Assembly: GCA_964593675.1 (NCBI GenBank)
Contig: CAZQIE010000003.1
Location: 1,322 to 65,321 of the forward strand
Direction: 5' to 3'
Source: an uncultured Opitutales bacterium
GTDB taxonomy: Bacteria; Verrucomicrobiota; Verrucomicrobiia; Opitutales; CAZQIE01
DNA: 64,000 bases
Position 1 is the stretch's first letter, and the number at the start of each line of letters is the position of its first letter. Positions 49,295 to 58,901 of this stretch are shown piece after piece. The notes below the pieces were generated by a model, which made no database searches, had not been told where the DNA came from, and was given only the letters and a program-made list of their open reading frames with translations. Made by a program: the position numbers and the translations under genes.

Positions 49295-50629
49295 ATGAAG
49301 CAGCGCACGCTCCTGCGAGAAGCCTCCATCAAGGGCAAAGCCCTTCACACCGGAGAAGAAGTCCACCTGACGCTCAAGCCAGCGGGCGAGAATACGGGTA
49401 TCGTGTTCCGTCGCCTCGACATTTACGGCAAGCCGGAGATCCGCCCGAGCGTGGAACTGGTGACGGACCTGGTCCGCAGCACCACCGTCTCTTCCGGGCA
49501 CACGAAGATCCATACGGTGGAGCACGTGCTGAGCGCGCTTTCCGGGATGGGCGTGGACAACGCGATCGTGGAGATGGACGCGAGCGAGCCGCCGATTCTG
49601 GACGGTTCGGCCAAGCATTTCGTCAACCTTGTCCAGGAAGCCGAGCCCGTTGACCAGGCCGCCGACCGCGAGGTGTTCGTGCTCGACCAGCCGGTGTCGG
49701 TGACGGAGGGCAACCGTTCGCTGATCGCCCTACCCTACGACGGGTTCAAGGTCACATGCACGTCCGCGGACGACCGTGGCATCCACACGCAGCACCTTTC
49801 GATCGACATCGACCCGGAATCGTACGTGGCGCAGATCGCTCCGGCCCGGACGTTCACGGTGTATGAGGACATCGAGCAGTTGCTGAAGATGGGGAAGATC
49901 CAGGGCGGCAGCCTTGATTCGGCCATCGTCATCAAGGGCGACAAGATCCTTTCGAAAGAGCCCCTGCGGTTCAAAGACGAGTTTGTCCGCCACAAGATCC
50001 TTGATATCGTCGGGGACCTGACGCTTCTGGGCCTGCCGCTGAAGGCGCACATCATCGCCGTCCGGCCCGGCCACGCGCTGAACGCGCAGCTCACGCGCGC
50101 GCTGCGGGAGCTTTACGAGCAGAAGAAGGCGGGGAAGAAGCCGGCGAAGCCGCTGCGCATGACGCAGATTTCGCAGGAGAAGGTGTTGGACATCCGCCAG
50201 ATCCTAGACCTGCTACCCCACCGTTACCCGTTCGTGATGATCGACCGCGTCACCGAGGTAAAGTCGGACGACGAGCTCGTGGCCATCAAGAACGTGACGA
50301 TCAACGAACCGTTTTTCCAGGGACACTTCCCGGGGCGCCCCGTTATGCCGGGCGTGTTGCAGATCGAGGCGATGGCGCAGGCGGCGGGCATCCTTATGCT
50401 CCGGCGCGTCAGCGCTGAGAACAAGGTCGCTTTCTTCATGAGCGCGGACAAGGTGAAGTTCCGTCAGGCCGTCGTGCCGGGGGATCAGCTTGAAGTGAAC
50501 GTGAAGCTGACGAAATCGCGCGGCCACAAGATCGGCGTTGCGGAGGGCGTGTGCCGCGTCGGCGGCAAGGTCGTGTCGTCCGCCGAACTGATGTTCACGA
50601 TCCTCGACGCCGGGGAAGATCCCGCCTAA
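49295..50629 (+). CDS. lpxC/fabZ: bifunctional UDP-3-O-acyl-GlcNAc deacetylase / 3-hydroxyacyl-ACP dehydratase (LpxC-FabZ fusion)
   Basis: The N-terminal ~290 aa are LpxC ([37 protein letters not shown]). The C-terminal ~145 aa are FabZ ([13 protein letters not shown] ... [23 protein letters not shown]). Confidence 0.93.
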   Translation: MKQRTLLREASIKGKALHTGEEVHLTLKPAGENTGIVFRRLDIYGKPEIRPSVELVTDLVRSTTVSSGHTKIHTVEHVLSALSGMGVDNAIVEMDASEPPILDGSAKHFVNLVQEAEPVDQAADREVFVLDQPVSVTEGNRSLIALPYDGFKVTCTSADDRGIHTQHLSIDIDPESYVAQIAPARTFTVYEDIEQLLKMGKIQGGSLDSAIVIKGDKILSKEPLRFKDEFVRHKILDIVGDLTLLGLPLKAHIIAVRPGHALNAQLTRALRELYEQKKAGKKPAKPLRMTQISQEKVLDIRQILDLLPHRYPFVMIDRVTEVKSDDELVAIKNVTINEPFFQGHFPGRPVMPGVLQIEAMAQAAGILMLRRVSAENKVAFFMSADKVKFRQAVVPGDQLEVNVKLTKSRGHKIGVAEGVCRVGGKVVSSAELMFTILDAGEDPA

Positions 50630-50645
50630 GACGCCATTCCGAGCC

Positions 50646-51422
50646 ATGAGCACCCGCATCCATCCCACCGCGATTATTGAACCGGGCGCCGAACTGGCGG
50701 ACGGCGTGGAAGTGGGCGCCTACGCTTACATCGGCGCAACAGTGCGCATCGGAGCCCGCACGCGTATCCACCACCATGCCACGGTGGACGGCTACACGGA
50801 AATGGGCGCGGACAACGAAGTCTTTTCCTACGCCTATATTGGCGGCAAGACGCACGACCTGAAGTACAAGGGCGGGCGCTGCGGGCTCAAGATCGGAGAC
50901 CGCAATGTGTTCCGGGAATTCACGACGGCGCACTTGGCGACGAATGACGGCGAGTTCACGGTCGTCGGCAACGACAACGTGATCCTGGCCTACAGCCATA
51001 TCGCGCACGACTGCCAGGTTTCGAACCACCTCGTCATGAGCAGCCACGCGGCGCTCGGCGGGCACGTGATCGTGCAGGATCACGCCAACGTGGGCTGGGG
51101 CGTGGGCGTCCACCAGTTTTGCCGCGTGGGGGCTTTTGCGATGGTGGGAGCGGGCTCAAAGCTCGTCCAGGACCTGCCGCCCTTCATGATCGCGGACGGC
51201 GCGACAGCCGAGGTTCGCACGATCAACAAGGTGGGCATGGAGCGCAACGGGTTTGCCCCGGAGGAGATCGAGCTCGCACGGGCGGTGTACAAGATCCTTT
51301 ACCGCGAAGGGCTGAACCGCAGCCAGGCCATGGAACGGCTCCGCGGGCATGCCAAGGCGAGCCATCGCGTGATTCAGGCCGTTATCACGTTTGCGGAAAC
51401 GAGCGAACGCGGCTTCGCGTAA
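50646..51422 (+). CDS. lpxA: acyl-ACP--UDP-N-acetylglucosamine O-acyltransferase
   Basis: [26 protein letters not shown] hexapeptide repeats, then the LpxA C-terminal helical domain ([26 protein letters not shown]). Confidence 0.93.
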   Translation: MSTRIHPTAIIEPGAELADGVEVGAYAYIGATVRIGARTRIHHHATVDGYTEMGADNEVFSYAYIGGKTHDLKYKGGRCGLKIGDRNVFREFTTAHLATNDGEFTVVGNDNVILAYSHIAHDCQVSNHLVMSSHAALGGHVIVQDHANVGWGVGVHQFCRVGAFAMVGAGSKLVQDLPPFMIADGATAEVRTINKVGMERNGFAPEEIELARAVYKILYREGLNRSQAMERLRGHAKASHRVIQAVITFAETSERGFA

Positions 51423-51585
51423 GCCTGCGGTCCCGCCCTCAGGCCGGGCACGCCAGAGCGCTTTCACATCCACGCCGCCTCTGCGCCCGGCGCAGGGGCG
51501 CGAGCGTGAAAATTGATTCTCATATCGGCGCGAGTATAGGCGTGTGACCCCGACGGTGCGGCAACCTGAACGGGATGTGCTCGCG

Positions 51586-51624
51586 CAAAAAAAGCGCCTC
51601 CAACCGGAGACGCTTTTTTTGTTT
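51586..51624. terminator. bidirectional intrinsic terminator between convergent lpxA and the FAD oxidoreductase gene
   Basis: AAAAAAA-GCGCCTCC-AACC-GGAGACGC-TTTTTTTGTTTT: an 8-bp stem with one C/A mismatch, flanked by an A-run and a T-run. It lies 20 nt beyond the minus-strand stop at 51645. Confidence 0.7.
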
Positions 51625-51644
51625 TCGGCTCTTTGAGCTCAGTA

Positions 51645-52940
51645 TTATCGGGCGGCGGTCTGAAGCGTGGGGGCGACTTCAGCCCAGCGGACTTCATGCG
51701 GGAACACGCCTTGCGCCGCGGCACGGGCTGCGACGATACCTGCGGCTTCGCCCATAGCTGTTGCGTTGCCAGTCACGCGATAGCTTGCGTGAGCGAAGAA
51801 ATCGCCGCTGATGCACCGGCCAGCCATCATGAGGCCATCTACGTCCTTTGCGATGAGGGCACGCACGGGAATGTCGTAAGGCTTCGCTTTGACGCCTTCG
51901 CTGCCGAAGCTGGTGCCCTTCGCCTTGCTGGTGGAGTGTATGTCCACGGGGAACGTCACGCGGCACACGGCATCGTCCTGGCGCCGGCCTTCGATCAGGT
52001 CGTCCACCGTCACCGTGTAACGGCCGTGGATGCGGCGGCCTTCACGCACGCCAATCTGCTCGCCCGTGGCCACGAGGCGCAAGTTCGCCCAAGCACCGCC
52101 GTGGGCACGCAGGGCGCGGACGATCCGGTTAACCTCGGCCCGGGCCTCCAGCGTGGCCCGCGTGACGTCGTCCGCATTCAGCCCGCAGACGCCGTACTGG
52201 TGATTCGCCATCAGGGCGAACAGGTTCAAGTGGATGCGGAAGAAGACGGGGCTGCCGTAGCTGGGTTCGACGCCTTTGGCGCGAAGGAGCTTAAGCGTCT
52301 CCTCGCAGTCCGCGCGCCAGGGTTTCCCGTCGATATGGAGATGCGCGGGGATGTCCTTATCCTCAACGCCCGCGAGGATGCAAAGGAGGCTCATGGGCTG
52401 GCTTTCGCCACTGGCATCGCGCCCGAAGTCAAAGGAGCAACCGGCTTGTGCCGCGGCGTCACCATCGCCCGTGCAGTCGACCGTCACGGCAGCTTCCCAG
52501 GCCTCGCGGCCCGACTTGCTTTCCGTGACGACGCCGCGCACGCGGGTGCCGTCCTTGATTACAGAACAAATGCGTGTGTGCAGGCGGACGCGCACTTTGG
52601 CCTCCGCGCACAGCTCTTCGAGCAGCAGCTTCAATTCTTCCGGGTCGCACGCGATGCCGGTCCAGTGGACGGGCTGACAAGCGCCGCGCTGCGCCAGACG
52701 CTGGAGAATCTCGGTCAGAAGGCCGCCCTTGTTCCCGACGTCGAGCAGCCAAGGCAGCGCGCCGGCGGTCCAAATCCCGCCGAGGCAACCGTGGCTCTCA
52801 ATAAGCATCACCTTTGCCCCTGCCCTACCCGCTGCTACGGCGGCGGCGAGGCCGGCTGGACCGCCCCCGCACACGATGACATCGAACTTGCCCGCCACAG
52901 GCACCTGCCGGGCTGCCTCAAGGACGCTTTGGGTCGCCAT
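51645..52940 (-). CDS. FAD-dependent oxidoreductase (FAD_oxidored family)
   Basis: ATG at 52938-52940 gives MATQSVLEAARQVPVAGKFDVIVCGGGPAGLAAAVAAGRAGAKVMLIE, a Rossmann GxGxxG motif. The longer track ORF (to 53129) runs into a non-coding tandem repeat. Confidence 0.8.
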   Translation of the reverse strand: MATQSVLEAARQVPVAGKFDVIVCGGGPAGLAAAVAAGRAGAKVMLIESHGCLGGIWTAGALPWLLDVGNKGGLLTEILQRLAQRGACQPVHWTGIACDPEELKLLLEELCAEAKVRVRLHTRICSVIKDGTRVRGVVTESKSGREAWEAAVTVDCTGDGDAAAQAGCSFDFGRDASGESQPMSLLCILAGVEDKDIPAHLHIDGKPWRADCEETLKLLRAKGVEPSYGSPVFFRIHLNLFALMANHQYGVCGLNADDVTRATLEARAEVNRIVRALRAHGGAWANLRLVATGEQIGVREGRRIHGRYTVTVDDLIEGRRQDDAVCRVTFPVDIHSTSKAKGTSFGSEGVKAKPYDIPVRALIAKDVDGLMMAGRCISGDFFAHASYRVTGNATAMGEAAGIVAARAAAQGVFPHEVRWAEVAPTLQTAAR

Positions 52941-53018
52941 GGGACGATCCTGTGCGATGTGGAAACCAAGAGCAACACGCGAGGCATTTAACGCGTGAAA
53001 TTGGATACAGAGAAACGC

Positions 53019-53172
53019 CACGCCGTGCGCGATAGCCCGCCAATGAGCGTAGCGGCATATGGAGCCCGTGCAGCCCAATAGAATCGGCCCACGCCGTGCG
53101 CGATAGCCCGCAGGTGAGCGTAGCGGCATATGGAGCCCGTGCAGCCCAATAGAATCGGCCCACGCCGTGCGT
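53019..53172. repeat. 71-bp tandem direct repeat, about 2.2 copies, intergenic
   Basis: Units start at 53019, 53090 and 53161 (the last is partial). Copies 1 and 2 are identical except CAAT versus AGGT after GATAGCCCGC. The period is not a multiple of 3. Each unit contains the small palindrome CACGCCGTG. Confidence 0.85.
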
Positions 53173-53174
53173 GG

Positions 53175-54293
53175 CTACCCCATCAGCTCCGCGTAGGCCT
53201 GCCGGTGCTGCTGCGCCACGAGGGACCACGGCAGGTTTGCTTCAGCAAAAGCGCGGCACGCACGGGAGACCTGGGCGTGCCACGGTGGCTCATCCAGATA
53301 CCGCTCAACGAGGGCGACCATGGCTGCGTCGTCGTCGTTGGCAACGAGCGGGAAGACCTCGCCCCCGCCATAGTCGCGGACGCCCCCCACGTCTGTCGTA
53401 ACAACAGGGAGCCCGCAGGCCAACGCCTCCACAACGGCATTGTTTGCGCCACTGTGGGACATGGGCAGGATGAGTAGCGTCGCATTCTGGTAGAGCGAGC
53501 GCAGGGCTTCGTCCGACACGCCCTGATGCCACGTCACCGCGTCCAGCTTCGCCAACTCGGGAAGGCCGGGCTGGTCGCGCGCGTTCGGATTCACCAGCAG
53601 ATCGAACCGCAAGGACGGATGGCGCTTCAGCAGCGTTGTTATGACGCGCTGGAGCATGAGCGTGTTGCGGTGGAACTGGCCGGCGAAAAACAGCCGCGGC
53701 GGACCGGAGGGCTTATCCTTCGCCGGCTTGAAAAACGTGGTATCAACGCCGTGCCGGACAAACCGCAAGCGCCCTTTCCCGACGTAGGGTTCGAAGAACG
53801 CGAAATCGGAGCGGTAAAGGACGATGGCGCTTGATAAGCGGTGCAGGCGGTCGAGGTCGCGCGGGCGCCAGACGGCAGGCGGGAGGTGTATCGTGCCGAT
53901 GAGGGAAAGAGGGGCCTTGTTCCAGAAAGTCAGGATGTTGAGGTGTTCCTCAAGCGACAGGATATGGTGCGGGCGCGTGGGATTCCACAGATACGAGGCT
54001 AGGAACTCGATTTCGGAACACGTTTCCGACTGGTTACGCGGAGGCCACCCGTAAAGCGTCGAGAACGCCTTGCCCACGACGCGCGGGAGCAGGCCTTTGC
54101 GCTGGTAGACGGTCCGCGTGCGGGGATCAAGGGCCGCCAATGCCTTGGGAATCTGCGTGTAATAGCCGGTGTGCGACCCGTACCAATACAGACGCTGCCC
54201 CAGACAAACCGCTGGAGCGCTCCGGGAAGTAGCCTTCTGCGTGGTGACACCGCAGGCCACTGTGGCGGCGGGTTCAGGCGAAGCGACGTTCAT
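53175..54293 (-). CDS. glycosyltransferase family 4 (GT-B, Glycos_transf_1)
   Basis: ATG at 54291-54293. C-terminal domain has RLFFAGQF ... ATLLILPMSHSGANNAVVEALACGLPVVTTDVGGVRDY. The longer track ORF would overlap the tRNA gene. Confidence 0.85.
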   Translation of the reverse strand: MNVASPEPAATVACGVTTQKATSRSAPAVCLGQRLYWYGSHTGYYTQIPKALAALDPRTRTVYQRKGLLPRVVGKAFSTLYGWPPRNQSETCSEIEFLASYLWNPTRPHHILSLEEHLNILTFWNKAPLSLIGTIHLPPAVWRPRDLDRLHRLSSAIVLYRSDFAFFEPYVGKGRLRFVRHGVDTTFFKPAKDKPSGPPRLFFAGQFHRNTLMLQRVITTLLKRHPSLRFDLLVNPNARDQPGLPELAKLDAVTWHQGVSDEALRSLYQNATLLILPMSHSGANNAVVEALACGLPVVTTDVGGVRDYGGGEVFPLVANDDDAAMVALVERYLDEPPWHAQVSRACRAFAEANLPWSLVAQQHRQAYAELMG

Positions 54294-54408
54294 GGGCAAG
54301 GCAAGAAGCCCGGGCGGTACGTTGCGCGGCTCAGGCGCGCGAATAATCGCATGGATGGAGGCGGCCAAACAAGGCTCAAAAAGCGCGCGGGAGGAAGCGG
54401 CGGATTCC

Positions 54409-54450
54409 GGAAAAGAAGAAGCCCTCCGGACCGAAGATCCGAAGGGCTTT
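54409..54450 (-). terminator. intrinsic terminator downstream of tRNA-Gly
   Basis: Minus strand reads AAGCCCTTCGGATCTTCGGTCCGGAGGGCTT followed by CTTCTTTTCC. The outer stem AAGCCCT/AGGGCTT has 7 bp. Confidence 0.55.
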
Positions 54451-54458
54451 GAAAGTGG

Positions 54459-54531
54459 AGCGGGCGATGGGATTCGAACCCACGACAACTACCTTGGCAA
54501 GGTAGTGCTCTACCAACTGAGCTACGCCCGC
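54459..54531 (-). tRNA. tRNA-Gly: tRNA-Gly (anticodon GCC)
   Basis: Minus strand reads GCGGGCGTAGCTCAGTTGGTAGAGCACTACCTTGCCAAGGTAGTTGTCGTGGGTTCGAATCCCATCGCCCGCT. It folds as a cloverleaf with a 7-bp acceptor stem, anticodon loop TTGCCAA and T-loop TTCGAAT. CCA is encoded immediately 3' (54456-54458). Confidence 0.95.
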
Positions 54532-54585
54532 TTGAGCGTTTGCGGAACCGTCTAGTCCCGCGTGAGAGGCCTTCAATTTGGGAAT

Positions 54586-55512
54586 TTAATTTCTGATGTC
54601 AAGCTCTAGAACGAATCTTTTTCTCGCCGCAGACGGAATAGCGAAAAACCCCGCATGGCCAAGCTGTTCCGCAGCTTCGTCACTGAGGAGCGCACGCACA
54701 AGTCCCTTCACTTCCGCGCGATTTTCTTCGCGGAAAACAATGAGGAACGGCAGGCGGATCGGGTAGTCGCCGTAAAGCAGGTTTTCTTCCGTGGGCGGGA
54801 ACGCAAGCTGGGCGCCCTGGCCGCTTTTTCCGGACGACACGAGGAGGACCTTCGTCTTGTCGTCGCCCGCGGGCCGGCCGGCAATCGCGATGGCCCCGGC
54901 CTCCGTGCGGAGGACGTCACGCACGCGCTCCGGGGAGTCCAAGGTTTGCAGGTTCGGCTTGAACTGCCCGCCATTGAGGACGGTGCTGCGGAAAAGCTCC
55001 TGGACGACGCCTTCCTGACGGTTCACGGAGATGGCCTGGATGGGCCGGTTGGTCCAGAGGCCGGTGAGGCCGAGGTCTTCCCAGCGGGTCAGTTCGCGTT
55101 CGACGCCGGTGCCGAAGATGCCGGCGAGCTGCCTTACGGAGATTTCGGTGAGCGGGTTTTGGCGGTTCACCATCACCACGACAGACTGGAAGGCAACCGG
55201 GACGGACACCAGGGGCTTCGCGATCTGGGCTTCGCCGAGCGGCACCGCAATGACAGCGACGTCAGCCTGACCGCTCGCGAGATCTTTCATCGCCGGTAGG
55301 CTGCCGTGCATGTTCACGTTCACAGCCTGGCCAGTCTCGTCTGCATATTTGCGGAAAACAGGCTTCAGGGGAGCTTCGAGAAAGTCCGAGCCCACGACGC
55401 GCAGGGGCGAGGCTGCCAGCGCGCTTCCTGTCAGCAGAGCGCCACAGGCAATAATCTTAAGAGCGTTGAGGGAGGCGCAAAAGAAACGGGACAAAGAGAA
55501 GAGATGTTTCAT
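54586..55512 (-). CDS. periplasmic substrate-binding protein, PstS/PBP-like_2 family
   Basis: ATG at 55510-55512 gives MKHLFSLSRFFCASLNALKIIACGALLTGSALA, which looks like a signal peptide. Then LRVVGSDFLEAPL ... GSLPAMKDLASGQADVAVIAVP is typical of phosphate-binding-like type 2 PBPs. Confidence 0.75.
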   Translation of the reverse strand: MKHLFSLSRFFCASLNALKIIACGALLTGSALAASPLRVVGSDFLEAPLKPVFRKYADETGQAVNVNMHGSLPAMKDLASGQADVAVIAVPLGEAQIAKPLVSVPVAFQSVVVMVNRQNPLTEISVRQLAGIFGTGVERELTRWEDLGLTGLWTNRPIQAISVNRQEGVVQELFRSTVLNGGQFKPNLQTLDSPERVRDVLRTEAGAIAIAGRPAGDDKTKVLLVSSGKSGQGAQLAFPPTEENLLYGDYPIRLPFLIVFREENRAEVKGLVRALLSDEAAEQLGHAGFFAIPSAARKRFVLELDIRN

Positions 55513-55607
55513 CGTCGGTTCACACGGCCCCGGGTATAGCCGGACGCCGGAACCAGTGTTGGCCGAGGCCCCCACCCCCTTCAACCCAAAACTCCGCCCC
55601 CGAAGGC

Positions 55608-56039
55608 TCAGGCGGCTTTTGGCCAAAGCGCCTGGATGCGCGAATGCAGCATGTCATGCACCTGGCGAGCCTCGCCCTGGCTGATGTGGTCCGAGAGCAC
55701 TTTCAGGACGATTTCCGTGGCGACTTCGGGAGCGAGGTTGATGCGGCTCTGCTGCAGTTCGTCGTGCACGCGCTGGAGGAACTCATCGCGGCTACGGCAG
55801 CGCATGGGCTTATGGGCGATCCGGTAGCCTTCGAAAAAAATACCGCGCACGAGCATGGGAAGCTGGGCGGCAAGGTCCATCGCCTCGTCGGGTATCAGGC
55901 AATCCCGAAGGGCAAAGAGCACGCCCCGGAGGGCGTGGTAGGCCAGCTGGGTATCGGGAATGCCGGTTAGGTCTGCAATCTGGTTGAGCCAGGCATAGGT
56001 ATCCTGGGAAGCGCGATCTATTACGGGAAGTCTGGACAT
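55608..56039 (-). CDS. DUF2267 domain-containing protein
   Basis: ATG at 56037-56039. DTYAWLNQIADLTGIPDTQLAYHALRGVLFALRDCLIPDEAMDLAAQLPMLVRGIFFEGY matches the DUF2267 pattern. Confidence 0.75.
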   Translation of the reverse strand: MSRLPVIDRASQDTYAWLNQIADLTGIPDTQLAYHALRGVLFALRDCLIPDEAMDLAAQLPMLVRGIFFEGYRIAHKPMRCRSRDEFLQRVHDELQQSRINLAPEVATEIVLKVLSDHISQGEARQVHDMLHSRIQALWPKAA

Positions 56040-56549
56040 GGCAGCGAAGGAGCCAGGCGGGAAGCCAGGACGGCTCCCCGTACGGCCGTGTGTGTGTTGG
56101 GTGTTTTCCGGGGGCAACCTGCGTGCCTCCGGCGTGTTGGTGAATGGTTGCTAGCGCCATGCCAAGCCGCTTACAGGCCAGCCCGCACGGCACGCACGAT
56201 GCCCTGCGCTGCATCTTGCCGTGAAAGGCGCCTTCCACTCCGACGTTTCTGCACGGGCCCAATCCCTGCAAGGCGAAGCCCGAGGCCTTCGTCCGGTTGC
56301 CGGAAGCACCGTGCCGGAGCATATTCGCCATGTCCGGAAAGACGACCCGCAAGGACGTCCTTCCGGGACCCCGGGGCCTGACGTGGAGCGAGGGGAGGAA
56401 CTGCGACAGGCTCTGGCTGTGTAAGGATACCGGGCCGTCGGCGTTTGGCGCATGGAGGGCGCGACGCCGACGGCCGTCATTTCAGAGCCGTTTCAGTATA
56501 TGTAGCCGCTTCTCCGTAGCGTGTGTGCCTGTTTGCAAAAAGCGCCGAA

Positions 56550-56595
56550 GCTGCTGCGAGCGTGAACGGCCCGTCCCCACGCTCGCGCAAGCAGC
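56550..56595 (-). terminator. long imperfect hairpin downstream of the esterase gene, possible terminator
   Basis: GCTGCTGCGAGCGTG (56550-56564) pairs with CACGCTCGC[GCA]AGCAGC (56578-56595), giving 9+6 bp with a 3-nt bulge. On the minus strand it is followed, 8 nt later, by GCGCTTTTTG. Confidence 0.4.
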
Positions 56596-56657
56596 AACCT
56601 TGATGTGCAGGCGCTCCAATTGAATAGTATGGTGAGCGACGTTTCGTGAGGAGCGGG

Positions 56658-57485
56658 CTATCCGCGCCAGCCGTTTTCAGCGAGCCAGAAAAGCAGATCC
56701 TTGGACCAGGGATGGGCGTTGAGAAACGGGGGCGGCACGGCGAGGCCGATCCCGTGGACTCCCTTCTGGTAAAGGTGGAGATCGAAGGGCACGCCCGCTT
56801 TTCGCAGGGCGCTGGCAAACACGAGGCTGTTTTCCGCAGGAACCGCGGTGTCCGCCACCGTATGGAAAAGGAAACACGGTGGCGTGGACGCGGTGACCTG
56901 GGTTTCGTTGGAGAGCGAGTCAACGAGGCCCGCGGGCGGGTTGTCGCCGAGAAGGGCGGTGCGTGAGCCCATGTGCGTCAGGCCCTCCTTGAGCGAGATC
57001 ACCGGGTAGCAGAGGATCCCGAAATCTGGCCGCGAGGACGGGCGGTCCAGCGGGTCCGGTGCGTCAGGTTTTGCGGGCTCAAAATGTGTGAGGAGCGTGG
57101 ACGCGAGATGACCGCCCGCCGACGAGCCCATGACGCCGAGACGGGCCGGGTCGACGCCCCATTCGGCTGCGCGGGCACGAACGACCCGGACGGCCCGGGC
57201 AGCGTCTTCCAGTATGCGCGGATGGCGGTAGCCGTGTGAACCGAGCCGGTATTGCAGCACAAACGCGTGCACCCCAGCGTGCTCCCGCAGGAACAGCGCG
57301 TAGTCCCGGCCCTCATGGGGGGCGAGCCCGCAATAACCTCCACCAGGAAACACAATGACGGCCGGGCGCGGACGGCCGGATTCCGCGGGATAGGCATACA
57401 GGCAGGGACGATCTCGCAGCTCGGAACCGAACGCTCCAGGCGCTCCTTCCGGCCAAAGCAGGAGGGGATCGGGCGTGGCGACCAT
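56658..57485 (-). CDS. alpha/beta hydrolase (esterase/lipase, BD-FAE-like)
   Basis: VIVFPGGGY oxyanion-hole region, the nucleophile elbow VMGSSAGGHLAS (GxSxG), and a C-terminal His region (KGVHGIG). Confidence 0.85.
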   Translation of the reverse strand: MVATPDPLLLWPEGAPGAFGSELRDRPCLYAYPAESGRPRPAVIVFPGGGYCGLAPHEGRDYALFLREHAGVHAFVLQYRLGSHGYRHPRILEDAARAVRVVRARAAEWGVDPARLGVMGSSAGGHLASTLLTHFEPAKPDAPDPLDRPSSRPDFGILCYPVISLKEGLTHMGSRTALLGDNPPAGLVDSLSNETQVTASTPPCFLFHTVADTAVPAENSLVFASALRKAGVPFDLHLYQKGVHGIGLAVPPPFLNAHPWSKDLLFWLAENGWRG

Positions 57486-57785
57486 AAGGGTGGTTAGTGA
57501 ATTAGAACGGACCGGTCAAAAGGCCGCAACGGAGACCCGTTCTCCCGTTGTACTTTATTGTTGAACCGAAAACCGGAGGACCGGGCGAAAATTGCGCATG
57601 CAGTCTGGAAGCCGATAAATTTGCGGTCCCACGCGATTGAGGGAGATGCAGGGGCGGCTTAGGAAGCCGTGAACAATCCCCAGACAAGCCGTGTGATGAA
57701 AGGACTTATTGAGCAAGGAGCAAGGTTGGCACCGCCCTTAACTAACGGCGAAGATGAGAGACCAGAACCGCCTCCCCCAACCGCA

Positions 57786-58901
57786 ATGGAACATTCACTC
57801 CCCATGCGGGATCTGCCCCAGATCCACGGCGCACCGAGTTATTGGCTGCGCGCAGAAAAGGTCGAGCTGTATGTATCCGCCGAAGGCGGACACCTCGCCC
57901 CCGTACAGTTCAAGCTCAAGCACCGTTGGGTAAACCCGTATTCGCTGGCGCCTTGGGAACCCGCCGAAGTCCCTGCCTCCATGCTTCCGCTCCTGCGTGT
58001 TTTGCGCGGGGATTTCTTCTGCCTGCCCTTTGGCACGTCCGACAAATACAAGGTCCACGGGGACACCGCGAACCTGACGTGGAAATTGATCGACCGCAAC
58101 CCGCGGAAGCTGACGATGGCGATGGACCTGAAGCAGTTTTCCGGGAAGGTTGTTAAGACCATCTTCCTCGAAGACAACCACAGGGCTGTTTATCAAGAAC
58201 ACGTTATCACGGGCGTAAAAGGCCGCTACCCCTATGGCCACCACGCCATCCTGGAAGTCCCCGAAGGTGCGACGGCGCTGATCAACACCAGCCCCTTTGT
58301 TTTTGGCCAGGTTGCGGAGGACTTCACCAACCCGGTTATCGGGGAGTATAACTCGCTTCAGCCGAGAGCCCCCTTTGAGTCCTTGGACAATGTGCCCCTG
58401 GCTACAGGCGGAACGACGTCCCTGCACGAATACCCGGATCGTGAAGGCTTTGAAGACCTCGTCATGGTCTCGAGTGCACCGGGCCTGCTCGCGTGGACGG
58501 CCGTGACGATGGACGGCTACGTGTGGTTTTCGCTGAAGTCCCCAAAGACGCTGCCGAGCACTGTGTTCTGGTTCTCGAATGGCGGGCGGCATCAGGAGCC
58601 CTGGCGGGGCAGACACCGCCGGCGCGTGGGCCTTGAGGAGACATGCTCGTTCTTCGCGGGACCGCTTGAGCTCGCGCGCAAGGCACCGCTTGGGCCTATT
58701 GAGGTGCCGACCTGCGGCGCGTTTTCGACGCGGTCCGCCACGACGGTACGCCTGATCCAGGGCGTGTACCCGGTGTCGGCGGAGTTCGGCATGGTGGTGA
58801 GCATCTCCCCCGTTGAAGATGCCGACGAAGTGACGATCGTGGGCGAAAGCGGGGAGTCCGTGAACGTTCCCCTGAACTGGCGCTACGTGCTGGGCTCCTA
58901 A
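57786..58901 (+). CDS. hypothetical protein (beta-rich; galactose-mutarotase-like is only a guess)
   Basis: Coding-like composition over the whole ORF 57669..58901. I do not recognise a firm family. Candidate starts are GTG 57669, ATG 57696, ATG 57786 and ATG 57804. 57786 was chosen because the preceding ERPEPPPPTA stretch looks non-coding. Confidence 0.5.
   Translation: MEHSLPMRDLPQIHGAPSYWLRAEKVELYVSAEGGHLAPVQFKLKHRWVNPYSLAPWEPAEVPASMLPLLRVLRGDFFCLPFGTSDKYKVHGDTANLTWKLIDRNPRKLTMAMDLKQFSGKVVKTIFLEDNHRAVYQEHVITGVKGRYPYGHHAILEVPEGATALINTSPFVFGQVAEDFTNPVIGEYNSLQPRAPFESLDNVPLATGGTTSLHEYPDREGFEDLVMVSSAPGLLAWTAVTMDGYVWFSLKSPKTLPSTVFWFSNGGRHQEPWRGRHRRRVGLEETCSFFAGPLELARKAPLGPIEVPTCGAFSTRSATTVRLIQGVYPVSAEFGMVVSISPVEDADEVTIVGESGESVNVPLNWRYVLGS

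Noticed and set aside
47825-49618. 597-aa minus-strand ORF
   Set aside because: It lies antisense to thymidine phosphorylase and the start of lpxC-fabZ, both unmistakable. The sequence is Arg/His/Leu-rich junk.
52941-53129. N-terminal extension of the FAD-oxidoreductase ORF, and ORF 52918..53229
   Set aside because: They run through the 71-bp (non-triplet) tandem repeat. The Rossmann-fold N-terminus starts at the ATG at 52940.
53019-53172. Possible CRISPR array
   Set aside because: The repeats are 71 bp and directly abutting, with no unique spacers. There are only about 2.2 copies and no cas genes nearby. Called a simple tandem repeat instead.
54294-54488. N-terminal extension of the GT4 ORF
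   Set aside because: It overlaps the tRNA-Gly gene and its terminator hairpin.
54409-54531. tRNA-Gly as an integration site marking a genomic island
   Set aside because: There is no integrase, no visible direct repeat of the tRNA 3' end, and no mobile-element genes on either side. Adjacency to glycosyltransferase genes alone is insufficient.
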